32,000 bases of DNA, taken from NCBI RefSeq assembly GCF_000014265.1, contig NC_008312.1, positions 7,290,001 to 7,322,000 on the forward strand. Reading direction: 5' to 3'. This DNA is from Trichodesmium erythraeum IMS101 (lineage in GTDB: Bacteria > Cyanobacteriota > Cyanobacteriia > Cyanobacteriales > Microcoleaceae). The notes below the pieces were generated by a model that was not told the DNA's origin, did not search any database, and saw only the letters and a program-made list of their open reading frames with translations. This document shows, one piece after another, positions 9,301-14,874 of this stretch (positions within the stretch are counted from its first letter, which is position 1; each line of letters starts with the position of its first letter). The position numbers and the translations under genes were made by a program.

Positions 9301-10685
9301 CCGGGCAGGGAGTATTAGTTCGCAATGATAGCGGTATTACTGTGTTACCTGCTCTCAACGGTCGTCGCGTTGGAGTTTTAGAAGGAGCTACTAGTTTACA
9401 AAATATTCAGGATACGATAACTGAGTTAGGTGGGGATATTATACCAGCAGAATTTACTACCAACGATGAAATGTTTGCTGCCTATGATGATGGTGATATA
9501 GATGCCGTTATCACAGATATGACCATTCTCAACGGGCGCGTTCAGAATTTATCTAATCCTAAGGAGCATAAAATTCTCGATGATATTCTTTCCAAAGAAC
9601 CCTTAGGATTGATTATAGATGAAAATCAGTCAGAGTGGTCAGATGTAGTTCGTTGGGTAACTAATGCTTTAGTTCAAGCAGAAGAATATGATATTACTTC
9701 TAAGAACATCAAGCGCTTAATGGCCAATAATCTGGATGATGATCCTAATAATGATTCTGACCCAGTGGTCCGTCAGTTTTTAGGTATCGAAGGAAATATC
9801 GGTAAAGTGCTGGGACTGCCGAATGATTTTGTTCCCAACGTGATTAAAGCTGTTGGTAACTACGGCGAAATCTATGAACGCTATTTTGATTCAAACTTGC
9901 TACCTCGGGAACAGAACGAGCTATTCAGCAATTTTGGTTTGCAGTATGCTCTACCTTTAGGATCTGAAGTTTCTCCTACAGAACAAGAAGAATTAGGTAG
10001 TGAGGATGACGTTTACGAAATCCAACCAAGTACCCTGGAAGACTATCCTGATGGTTTCCAAGCTAAGGGAGGTAATGACCGAGTTACTGGTTCCATGCGT
10101 TCAGATTTAATATCTGGCGGCCAGGGTCAAGACACTATCAGTGGAAATGATGGAGATGATAGGATTATTGGTGGCCCTGGTGTTGATTATCTCTATGGTA
10201 AAGATGGTAATGACCTTCTAGAAGGTCGTACTGAAAATGATTATCTCTTTGGTGGTCCTGGAAACGATGCATTAATTGGCGGTCAAGGTCGCGATAAACT
10301 TAACGGTGGTCAAGGTTCCGACTTTTTGATTGGTGGGGCAAGTAAAGACAAGTTCATCTTTGCCACCAACGAGGAGTTTGATGTTGAGGCAATAGGTAGC
10401 GATACCATTGATGACTTTAATCCTGATGACGATATTATTTTGTTAGATAAGAAGACATTTACTGCTCTTGAGAGCAAGTCGGGAGAAGGTTTCAGTCTAG
10501 AAACTGAGTTTGCTAGCGTTACCAAGAATGTTGCGACTTCCGAGGCGTTAATTGTTTATAATAGCAATAACGGTAAATTATTCTACAATGAGAATGGTAA
10601 CGAACCAGGTTTTGGCGAAGGGGGTGAGTTTGCCTTGCTGACTGACCAACCTGCTATTGGTGCTGATGATTTCTTGATCCGATAG
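384..10685 (+). CDS. Giant (3433 aa) secreted-type multidomain protein: DUF4347 N-terminus, 252-aa tandem repeats, three RTX (hemolysin-type Ca-binding) blocks, Calx-beta-like domain, two AapJ-like solute-binding domains
   Basis: Single uninterrupted 10.3-kb ORF, visibly more GC-rich than the flanking spacers. Recognisable in order: a DUF4347-type segment (LHILSHGSPGCLYLG), tandem repeats, 29 + 17 + ~9 GGxGxDxUx nonapeptides, a Calx-beta-like segment, two amino-acid-binding-protein-like domains and an RTX-type C-terminal tail ending GADDFLIR. The track start 384 is TTG and the first ATG is at 402, so the start is uncertain by 18 nt. Confidence 0.9.
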   Translation: MFSSKVMNKQPSLTVWDKSITSFCSYSSKEVSYAEALISNARELVVIDKGVDDYQQLLHSIKPGIYGVVLNPDRDGVQQITQVLRNYRGVETLHILSHGSPGCLYLGNTQLSLETLDKYGEDLQKWFIEVPSANLLIYGCQVAAENTGTEFLSKVQSLTKANIAASANLTGNAILGGDWELEITLGQGEFVRAFTSESLADYASVLDTGNFLVSGLPPFAQIWIDKNNPFPNVSLTETEDKITASYNGTLDITTQINEILTRLNLTPITQQISATNPTLIIEGTAQNPTGYKFSGEFSPTEAIEFLGDTLGVELPNNIQEQLNKVGKVNIQASNQGFGITYLDNVVLDVNNIVGMISDNDFLKDAANTVTETFLGDGDPATEGTQLVLAQPGIEFEKKNNTKKLSFAGDFNGEVFDLSFDVSEIGSKVSGAQKKIPKLSGFKFGLPELDATKMTNAFKTIAGTELPGFAQDLLTTLGGLANLNIELNDNGFGVTYVGGLNISSTINSLLSTLGLGENVLSDSLSVTNPGLRVTKDDTGKKIYAASIGEFSPTEAIEFLGDTLGVELPNNIQEQLNKVGKVNIQASNQGFGITYLDNVVLDVNNIVGMISDNDFLKDAANTVTETFLGDGDPATEGTQLVLAQPGIEFEKKNNTKKLSFAGDFNGEVFDLSFDVSEIGSKVSGAQKKIPKLSGFKFGLPELDATKMTNAFKTIAGTELPGFAQDLLTTLGGLANLNIELNDNGFGVTYVGELNISSTINSLLSTLGLGENVMSQSLTVSHPGLRYATDETGNRNYELSVSEFSPKQLINLLVGLLPSSVSLPSNIRDTINSIGNASLSLSSQGISITYLDNVTFDLNGLIGDSFNSLSFVEDAVNKIAEIVLGDGDKNKPGTQLVLAKPEFELTTESLGIGGLLNDKNFDIDFKDGLEFEYEFGPLNLNSILGDIPGLDGFQLDETSLSFSDGFSLEGNVNFANKNDDVSKFINDYLGVDNVGVALEIGKEDLSLAGILAGDVPLISIGDFKATLKDVALGLEMSATNPIPNFGIDGGMTLEGYDPVQKNEPPLTLIGGLEIDPKSLTGQFNIDADGVWKNPFGLPDSELRELGVQIGATYIPPFIDNVGFVGDLQFGNYDFDAAFLVDITDPQKFAIELTLNEPLGLVDMITGPINSYLINQLDNVPILDEVTGLFNSFSDLVPISVVSIDGPDDDEELDPLIKIVPVETEVLERTLEQGIGFNAAVRVGSKEGTFNFNMNPFSGNPSLEGSLKIPEIDILGVVKISGVPNGKDTDLNLDLKVSPSEAYFRGDGQLEFFGINLAKADFDFSTSGIKVKELSLLNGTLKLSDVEIGKLNNVATAKGELEFLGQKLKAEITQDGQGFKLTTGLVLDFPDWTFLSDTYANLTIRSNGTLEGSQLELDSPLFNFEVSLGEIKNGIGDLVNFAINEVNKLGEQVADFIAQEWNNTVEYVSDTFKSLGNAWNQGISLVSNIFETGVRQVVDWVDKQVQDGWLPWPLDHIVKWVTKTVRQVTNIEYTKNDPNLPQNVSLGDGNQEYDGQGGNDTIDGGNGKDHLMGGVGNDSLKGGNDEDKLEGGAGHDYLHGQRDNDFLYGNDHDDRLYGEDGNDMLDGGSGNDQLYGGNGRDQLKGGSGNDKLYGEDKSDVLEGGMGNDELHGGNDNDVLKGESGKDTLRGGSGSDKLEGGEDHDHLYGESDSDKLEGGQGDDYLNGGDGNDEIDGGKGNDSLVGDQGDDILYGREGNDTLKGDSGNDLIFGGVGNDILYGGTGDDYLDGGEGNDTIYPGSGNDTINGGEGNDLLVLSGAKSDYIITDTSTGKEITNKRDNSKKIVFGIENISYEQIQQGNASNGPLANATVFIDTNSNFQLDKGETQTNTDSNGEYSLPFDLEELDRNGDGEVDAQEAQVVVIGGIDTNTGLPGEIPLISQISATGEYTSTTPLTTLKAVLSSQGIKEKQVERLLNKISGFSLESLSQPLEKFDPYSAIGEGDDSGIEITSGHIKIMNLLLNGTTFLEAAYYTESDGQIQVINALGKVLKTVESFDLSKKQDLQKFYNQLTEELDLSVNNKTIAALSTLVTQSNNLIDKLVEQALSSSVDDVLPSINPIKKQVYSILPDLTQQLVEGKITAGEAQTELKEILNADTFLVEHALNEDRIVKVVASDTVKEGKDKNGQFIITLGEAAPPQGLKILYTISGTATLGQDYQNKDGLFGEINFEPGETEAVIDLKVLDDKISENSESVTINLKYVGNGYALDPMAKTAFLEITDNDKGNNNATKNGIEETGSFGDDEIAGQEKNDKLLGSYGDDMLKGKGGDDKLMGGQGKDTIQGGKGNDEIEGNFGEDVLEGNAGDDVIAGGSEDDLIKGGPGNDFLDGNTGDDQLEGNSGNDQLEGGKGNDILKGNRDNDWLVGEAGEDILNGGPGVDLLRGGEGADVFYFQKPSDKGDLIIDFDPTQGDKIQISRSGFKTNSLEDFKVVVGTLEFKGEEIALIQNNGKTYNNFAELADIVELVDEPKVKTTPEKSKASIEIKPQEAKLNSVANPETTILDDIIKRGQIKVAISGSGNEFDLEFAEVIAAAVFGDASKVKSITSKFSKSFELVADGKADLAAQRITATLGRDGELNVDFAPTYLFDYQTVIVPNDSDITNVSHLNEQTIGVIEGTTALINLQNQLEVEGIKFTPKLFETAEEMIAAYDAGEVDAYSHDRSLILENLDQLSQPENHRLLDVELSKEPISLALPENDSQWADVVRWAGYVPIQAEEFGISSQNIAEFIALNTDDNPTNDSSLGIRRFLGIEGNLGETLGLPNDFAVNIINQVGNYSEIYDRHFSGIEGDRNSLWSDGGFLYSPPFSGSEIDIVIKDNDDRDLLAKIKERGVLKLGLPDNEPGFAVKMSNGEYEGFDVDLGKAIAAAIFGDPEKLEVKTQSFKDSFANTANGVVDISAMGITHNLVRDASLGIDFGPIYLYTGQGVLVRNDSGITVLPALNGRRVGVLEGATSLQNIQDTITELGGDIIPAEFTTNDEMFAAYDDGDIDAVITDMTILNGRVQNLSNPKEHKILDDILSKEPLGLIIDENQSEWSDVVRWVTNALVQAEEYDITSKNIKRLMANNLDDDPNNDSDPVVRQFLGIEGNIGKVLGLPNDFVPNVIKAVGNYGEIYERYFDSNLLPREQNELFSNFGLQYALPLGSEVSPTEQEELGSEDDVYEIQPSTLEDYPDGFQAKGGNDRVTGSMRSDLISGGQGQDTISGNDGDDRIIGGPGVDYLYGKDGNDLLEGRTENDYLFGGPGNDALIGGQGRDKLNGGQGSDFLIGGASKDKFIFATNEEFDVEAIGSDTIDDFNPDDDIILLDKKTFTALESKSGEGFSLETEFASVTKNVATSEALIVYNSNNGKLFYNENGNEPGFGEGGEFALLTDQPAIGADDFLIR
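510..960 (+). other. DUF4347-like N-terminal domain of the giant protein
   Basis: ELVVIDKGVDDYQQLL...DGVQQITQVL...LHILSHGSPGCLYLGNTQLSLETL...LLIYGCQVAA...FLSKVQSLTKANIAASANLTGNAILGGDWELE matches the conserved pattern of DUF4347, the usual N-terminus of large cyanobacterial and proteobacterial RTX/cadherin-like exoproteins. Recognised by eye, no HMM run. Confidence 0.7.
1269..3150 (+). repeat. In-frame 756-bp (252-aa) tandem repeats: copies 1269-2024 and 2025-2780 plus a diverged third copy from 2781
   Basis: GAATTTTCTCCC recurs at 1269, 2025 and 2781, an exact 756-nt period. Copies 1 and 2 differ at only about 4 positions over the first ~660 nt (1646/2402 G/C, 1841/2597 G/A, GGA/GAA near 1875, one near 1915) and then diverge sharply. 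The identical antisense track ORFs 1676..1864 and 2432..2620 are a by-product of this repeat. Confidence 0.95.
5034..5816 (+). repeat. RTX block 1: 29 consecutive GGxGxDxUx nonapeptides
   Basis: Runs from GQGGNDTID GGNGKDHLM GGVGNDSLK through GGEGNDLLV. That is 29 uninterrupted 27-nt units, counted directly from the translation. Confidence 0.9.
6870..7212 (+). other. Calx-beta-like domain
   Basis: RIVKVVASDTVKEGKDKNGQFIITLGEAAPPQGLKILYTISGTATLGQDYQNKDG...INFEPGETEAVIDLKVLDDKISENSESVTINL...AFLEITDND follows the Calx-beta pattern: V..EG....V.V.R......V.Y.T..GTA..G.DY....G.L.F..GE....I.I.I.DD...E..E.F. Confidence 0.7.
7257..7715 (+). repeat. RTX block 2: 17 consecutive nonapeptides
   Basis: Runs from GSFGDDEIA GQEKNDKLL GSYGDDMLK through GGPGVDLLR GGEGADVFY. 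Followed by the typical post-RTX segment DLIIDFDPTQGDKIQIS. Confidence 0.9.
8040..8890 (+). other. Solute-binding domain 1, AapJ/BztA-like (general L-amino-acid ABC transporter binding-protein family, SBP_bac_3 type)
   Basis: Landmarks shared with AapJ-type SBPs over about 280 aa: ILDDIIKRGQIKVA, AEVIAAAVFGD, TIGVIEGTTA, EEMIAAYDAGEVDAYSHD, LSKEPISLA, SQWADVVRW, IQAEEFGISSQNI, RRFLGIEGNLGETLGLPNDFAVNIINQVGNYSEIYDRHF. Confidence 0.8.
8994..9890 (+). other. Solute-binding domain 2, AapJ/BztA-like; diverged tandem duplicate of domain 1
   Basis: LLAKIKERGVLKLGLPDNEPGFAV...GFDVDLGKAIAAAIFGDPEKLEV, RVGVLEGATS, DEMFAAYDDGDIDAVITD, LSKEPLGLI, SEWSDVVRW, VQAEEYDITSKNI, RQFLGIEGNIGKVLGLPNDFVPNVIKAVGNYGEIYERYF. 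Collinear with domain 1. Confidence 0.8.
10068..10340 (+). repeat. RTX block 3 (about 9 nonapeptides), followed by the C-terminal tail
   Basis: GGQGQDTIS GNDGDDRII GGPGVDYLY GKDGNDLLE GRTENDYLF GGPGNDALI GGQGRDKLN GGQGSDFLI. Then DTIDDFNPDDDIILLDKKTF...GKLFYNENGN...FALLTDQPAIGADDFLIR, a common C-terminus of cyanobacterial RTX proteins. Confidence 0.85.
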
Positions 10686-11237
10686 AATAGTTAGGGTTTG
10701 CTGCAAAAAGCAGAGGGTGAGGAGTGTTGGTAGAGGGAAATCTTATCTACTTATGCGCACCAGCTTTTTGCAGCTCCAGGGACTGAAAAGCTTACAATTT
10801 TTTAAAGCTCCAATAAGGCACTTTTCTTTAAAATTTTTTGAAAAACAATGCTGCAAAAAGTTTGAAAAAGTCTCCTTTAAAACTCTGGTAGTCATGCATA
10901 TTAATGGTCAAGTACAAATTGTGGCATTGTAATGATGCATGAAGTTCTATATAGATCCAATGTGATTACTTAACTTTTTAGAAAAGGATAATGTTTTTCT
11001 TACTAACCTTAACTCCCGCTGTCGCGTTGTATTGTTAAACCTTTCTATTAAGCTTGTTTGATCTGTATCCTTGCGGACAGTTTGATGTCGCTTTCAAGGT
11101 AGAACTTCCTCTTAGTTTCAGAAGTGAGAGCGTTGATGCTAGGCACTTTCAAGTTTTCATTAATACTTGTCAGACTTGTCTTATCTGTCTTACAGCGTTT
11201 TGAGATTGATAAACTACATTGTCACAACCCAAACTTT

Positions 11238-11270
11238 GTAGGGAGGTTCCATGGAACCTCCCTACTTTTT
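11238..11270. repeat. 28-nt perfect palindrome followed by T5 (terminator-like hairpin)
   Basis: GTAGGGAGGTTCCATGGAACCTCCCTAC at 11238-11265 is perfectly self-complementary (12-13 bp stem, CATG centre). It is followed by TTTTTATT. Confidence 0.5.
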
Positions 11271-11460
11271 ATTAGTAAAACGTATATGACCAGAGTCGAA
11301 AGAGAAAATAGAAGAGTTAGGCAGTATTTAGCTAGGCTACACCGAAAAAGCTTGTGTAAGTCAAAAGTCGGTGGAAATGTTGAAGTATTCTGTCGGTTTA
11401 CTGATTCATTATCTTGATTGGAAAGATATTCCTCTTCTTTATCGTTCATAGCTCAACTCA
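11270..11460 (+). pseudogene. IS1-family transposase C-terminal remnant (frameshifted)
   Basis: Reads TRVERENRRVRQYLARLHRKSLC-KSK. After a +1 shift it reads SKSVEMLKYSVGLLIHYLDW. This matches the ER.N...RQ.LARL.RKSL.FSKS C-terminal signature of IS1-type transposases. No N-terminal or catalytic part is recognisable upstream. Confidence 0.45.
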
Positions 11461-11599
11461 CCAACACCAAAGAATTAATCGTTAACACAGAAGGAAAAAC
11501 CGACTGCAAACAAAGTAGTTCGATGATTGGGATAGCTGTGAGCGAGTTTGACCCTAAAGTTGTCAAAAATATTATTGGTGGCATAGCAAACTCAATAAC

Positions 11600-11838
11600 T
11601 AGAACCAACTAATAGCATAGTCCGATAACAGAGGGGTCTCGGGCATCAACGACAGAATAAATGTCCCAAGGTCTGGGAACAAACTGAAGCTATAGTTAGC
11701 TTGGTGGTTAGCTATTTCAATTGAATTTGGGTTCATAGGTACAAAGGTAACACAGCAGCACAAAGATATGGTTTAGTGATCGCTCCCAGTCGTTGGCATG
11801 ACTTGATAAATTTTCCCACGCTTTCTTGATGCATTACC
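11600..11838 (+). mobile_element. 3' end fragment of the same IS family as 14119..14832, including the terminal inverted repeat
   Basis: About 70% nucleotide identity by eye to 14620-14832 (CGACAGAATAAAT...AAGGTCTGG...AAACTGA...TTCATAG...GCAGCACAAAGA...). Ends in CCCACGCTTTCTTGATGCATTACC at 11815-11838, which matches the IR of the 14119 element. Confidence 0.65.
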
Positions 11839-12004
11839 GCGGTTTTCATGATTAGTAGATCACAGTAGGGGAGATATCTTAATGAATACTCGGCAAACGC
11901 CAATTATTCCCTACAAGATTTTGTTTTTGAAGTGAAGTCATATTTTAGCAAAAGCGCTGTAAGTTCTTGATGAATTATGTAGCTTTGTTACATGAAAGTA
12001 TACG

Positions 12005-12289
12005 ATCGCCAACCTCAAGCAAGAATTAAATGCTGTCATTCTAGCTCACTATTATTAAGAACCCGATATTCAATATCTTACAGACTACATTAGTGAATCT
12101 CTCAGTATTTCCCAACAAGCTGCCGAAACTGATGTAGATGCGATAGTTTTTGCCATAGTTCATTTTATAGGGGAAACTGGAAAAATGCTTAACCCTCATA
12201 AATTCATTTTACCCAATTTAGATGCAGGTTCCTCCTTCGCTAATAGTTGCCCACCAGAATAACTTCGCAAATTTAAAACTGCTTATTGA
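12005..12289 (+). pseudogene. nadA: Quinolinate synthase (NadA) remnant, residues ~20-115 only, with in-frame stops
   Basis: One frame reads [92 protein letters not shown]. Compare the conserved NadA N-terminal region LK.[71 protein letters not shown]. Stops lie at 12056, 12260 and 12287. The rest of the ~320-aa protein is absent. Confidence 0.7.
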
Positions 12290-12301
12290 TGTGCAATATC
12301 T

Positions 12302-12390
12302 GAAAAAGAACCTAGAAGCAAGTTATCAGTAAGTTTTCACCATTTTGAATATCTACTACTCTTCTACAGATAATTAAACTTACCTACTTA
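12302..12390 (+). repeat. Partial copy of the ~130-nt MITE-like repeat (see 23026..23154)
   Basis: 12342-12390 (ATTTTGAATATCTACTACTCTTCTACAGATAATTAAACTTACCTACTTA) matches the reverse complement of 23026-23073 at 41 of 49 positions with one indel. Weaker similarity (~65%) extends about 40 nt further left. Confidence 0.5.
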
Positions 12391-12433
12391 ATTAAAATAA
12401 CTTGCTCTAAAAATTCTCTATCTGACCTTGAAT

Positions 12434-13252
12434 TTATTTTATTAAAGGTTCAACTATAGCTGAAAAATAGGGAACTAATTCTTCATTTCCTACAACCAAA
12501 GTCGGAAAAGGATGACTCAAATAATCTTTGCCTATTTTTAAAGGAAAAATATCTTCTGATCGTAATGGTATCCAAATTGCTCCTGCTGCCTTTGCAATTA
12601 CCCAAGATGCAGCAATGTCCCAAATTCTTGGTGTAGCTTCAACACCACCAATAGACGCCCCAGAAGCTACAAGTAAAAAGTTATAACTTGCCACTCCTAA
12701 CATTCTAATTTTTGTTGGCAGTTGGGGTAAAATTTTTGTACTTCGAGAGCAAATATTAAATAAATGATTACCAGTAATCACATCTTTAATTGGCTGAATT
12801 TGTCGATTATTTAAAAATGCCCTAGTGATAGGTCGATTAGTTAAATAGGTTTGATTTTCCTGGCAATAAAAAGCATAATAAGATTGAGATAATGGTGGCA
12901 TATTTACATAACCAAATATAGGAATACCTTGATACAATAATCCCATACAAATTCCCCAAATTGGCACACCTTTAGCAAAGTTTGTTGTCCCATCTAAAGG
13001 ATCAATAATCCAACACCATTCATTACTGGGAAATATCTGTTGACTTTCTTCTGTTAATATTCCGTGAGTGGGAAAACTAGAGGCGATCGCTTCTCTAATT
13101 ACCCTATCTGCCCATTTATCAGCTTTAGTAACTAAGCTACCATCAGCTTTTTTGTCTGCTTTGACATTTCCAAAATCTTTTAAAAGTTGATTTCCTACTA
13201 TAAAGGTAGTTTTTTCTGCAAAGTTTAAAATTTGGTTCCATAAGTCTGCCAT
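12434..13252 (-). CDS. Inositol monophosphatase family protein (SuhB/CysQ/HisN-like phosphatase)
   Basis: 272-aa ORF with the family signatures KADGSLVTKADKWADRVIREAI and WIIDPLDGTTNF, plus a C-terminal WDIAA motif. Confidence 0.9.
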   Translation of the reverse strand: MADLWNQILNFAEKTTFIVGNQLLKDFGNVKADKKADGSLVTKADKWADRVIREAIASSFPTHGILTEESQQIFPSNEWCWIIDPLDGTTNFAKGVPIWGICMGLLYQGIPIFGYVNMPPLSQSYYAFYCQENQTYLTNRPITRAFLNNRQIQPIKDVITGNHLFNICSRSTKILPQLPTKIRMLGVASYNFLLVASGASIGGVEATPRIWDIAASWVIAKAAGAIWIPLRSEDIFPLKIGKDYLSHPFPTLVVGNEELVPYFSAIVEPLIK

Positions 13253-14118
13253 TTAAATTTTTTCTCCTACTGAGTTTTGGTGGAAAAATTCTTAATTAAC
13301 CTGCCAGTAAGTCTAAAGAATTACCTTAATTATAAATCTTGAACGGAAATATAACTTAATTAATATCCTTTTTTCCTGAATTTTTTTAGCAGTCTTTTGA
13401 GGAAGCTGATTTAGAGTGAAATAGGGAACACCTGAACAAAAACTAGAAAACTGATCCAATTCACTTCTTTCAAATGAGATTTTCTTGAGAAGATTAATAC
13501 TTGTAAATCACTACCATTTATTTAAGAATTCGTCCTTTGAAAACTAAATTATCTGTATATCCATATTATCTTTGCTGCAAAATTAATTAATAACTTCGAT
13601 TAATTATTTATTGTGCCTATTCAAGCAAAGTATCTGGCATATTTTAAAATAAAGCTTCTTGATAATTCAATCTAAAAGTCACTCTACCATCCCTTAAAAT
13701 TATATTTTTTAGCAGAATTAATATCTCTATTTTATCTCCACAATTAAGAATTTATTCTAGCTGAATTTTGTGTAACTTTAAATATTTTTTATATATCTAT
13801 ATTTACCAAAAAAATTAACGCCTGAAACCATAAAACTCAAAATTAATAAATCACTATATTTTCTTGAGTATTAGAAGTAATCAGACTAATTACAAATCAT
13901 GAATTCTATACTTAAAGCCTGCTGATTAATTCTCAAAGCATTGACAAAAATTATACTCATAGCCTTATTTAGATAGCAAAAATTACCAGAAGTACAGTGG
14001 CTCAAGCTCATGTATTGATCAGATGAGTGGGCATATCGGCAGCAGAAAAATGAGGGGACAATTCTTACTATACCGGACGTGGTGACCAAGCCATTTAACT
14101 GAGCACATCCTAATAGCT

Positions 14119-14832
14119 GGTAGTGCATCAAGAAAGTTTGGGAATGGTAATATAATCCTTGTCCTTAAATACTTTCTATTATCATAGAATGTCCTCTATG
14201 TGGCCATCAGAAAACTCGTAAACAGGGAAAGACCAGTAATGTTGTCAACGATATTATTCTCCTGAATGCCTACAAACTTTCACCGATACTTTTAACACTC
14301 TCTACTATTGTAGAACAATTTAACCTGAACAAACGCCCATGGTTCTGGAGGCTCAAGTTGAGGGCAGTAGTTTAAGAGGGATTAGTCGAACAGTGAATTT
14401 GGCCGGATAATACGGTAGTTACTTTGGTTAGAGCTGCCTCTGAAAAAGGACAAATGATTCATAATGCTCATGTCCAGAATATCAAGACCTCGCAAATGAG
14501 CAGTGATGAGTTTTGGTCATTCGTCCAAAAAAAACGAAAACAGTGCCAGTATCAGGAATTGGCAGAAGGGAATTCTTGGGTTGGGAAGCCCCTGGAACGC
14601 ACAAATAGAATTATCAGAAAGCAGCTCGGTTGATGGCATTGCCGACAGAATAAATTTGGCAAGGTCTGGCAGCAAACTGAGGTAAAAGTAAGGTTGGCAA
14701 GGGCCTACTTTAATTGGATTTGAGTTCATAGTCCCAAAGAAAATACTGCTGCACAAAGAGCTGAGGAACGCGATCGCTACTTGGAGTTGGAACGAGTTAA
14801 TTACTTATCCCACACTTTACTGACGCACTACC
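14119..14832 (+). mobile_element. Internally deleted, frame-disrupted IS1-family element (714 bp) with ~24-bp terminal inverted repeats
   Basis: Left end GGTAGTGCATCAAGAAAGTTTGGG (14119-). The right end reverse-complements to GGTAGTGCGTCAGTAAAGTGTGGG (-14832). Coding remnants are a CxxC zinc-finger start (MECPLCGHQKT..GKTSN), an out-of-frame QRYYSPECLQTFTDTFNTLYYCRTI, then VRAASEKGQMIHNAHVQN..DEFWSFVQKK, then a direct jump to ERTNRIIRKQ..NKFGKVWQQTEVKVRL..YFNWI. The catalytic core is missing. Confidence 0.8.
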
Positions 14833-14874
14833 GAAGTATTGAAGTACAGGTAAAAGCAAACAGAAGAATAATTA

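Noticed and set aside
1676-10525. Eleven track ORFs inside the giant gene, antisense or in alternative frames: 1676..1864, 2432..2620, 3056..3331, 3884..4225, 4499..4789, 5092..5436, 7194..7391, 7210..7416, 7388..7621, 8939..9169 and 10310..10525.
   Set aside because: All are fully nested in a strongly supported 10.3-kb CDS and have low-complexity or repeat-driven translations. The identical 62-aa pair simply mirrors the 756-bp tandem repeat, and the ORFs in the RTX blocks are frame echoes of GGxGxD coding. None has a recognisable motif.
10717-11612. Track ORFs 10717..10932, 11124..11417, 11222..11449 and 11418..11612.
   Set aside because: They lie in IS debris and spacer, overlap each other on both strands and have no family signature. 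The exception is the transposase-remnant stretch, already annotated as a pseudogene. 11124..11417 runs through the 28-nt palindrome.
13886-14131. 81-aa minus-strand ORF abutting the left end of the IS.
   Set aside because: No recognisable motif. It runs into the IS inverted repeat and shows spacer-like composition for half its length. It could be a fragment of a gene interrupted by the IS, but I cannot support any call.
14424-14756. ORFs 14424..14633, 14503..14685 and 14517..14756.
   Set aside because: All lie inside the internally deleted IS element. 14424..14633 is the surviving in-frame piece of the broken transposase, not an independent gene. The other two are overlapping alternative-frame or antisense artefacts.
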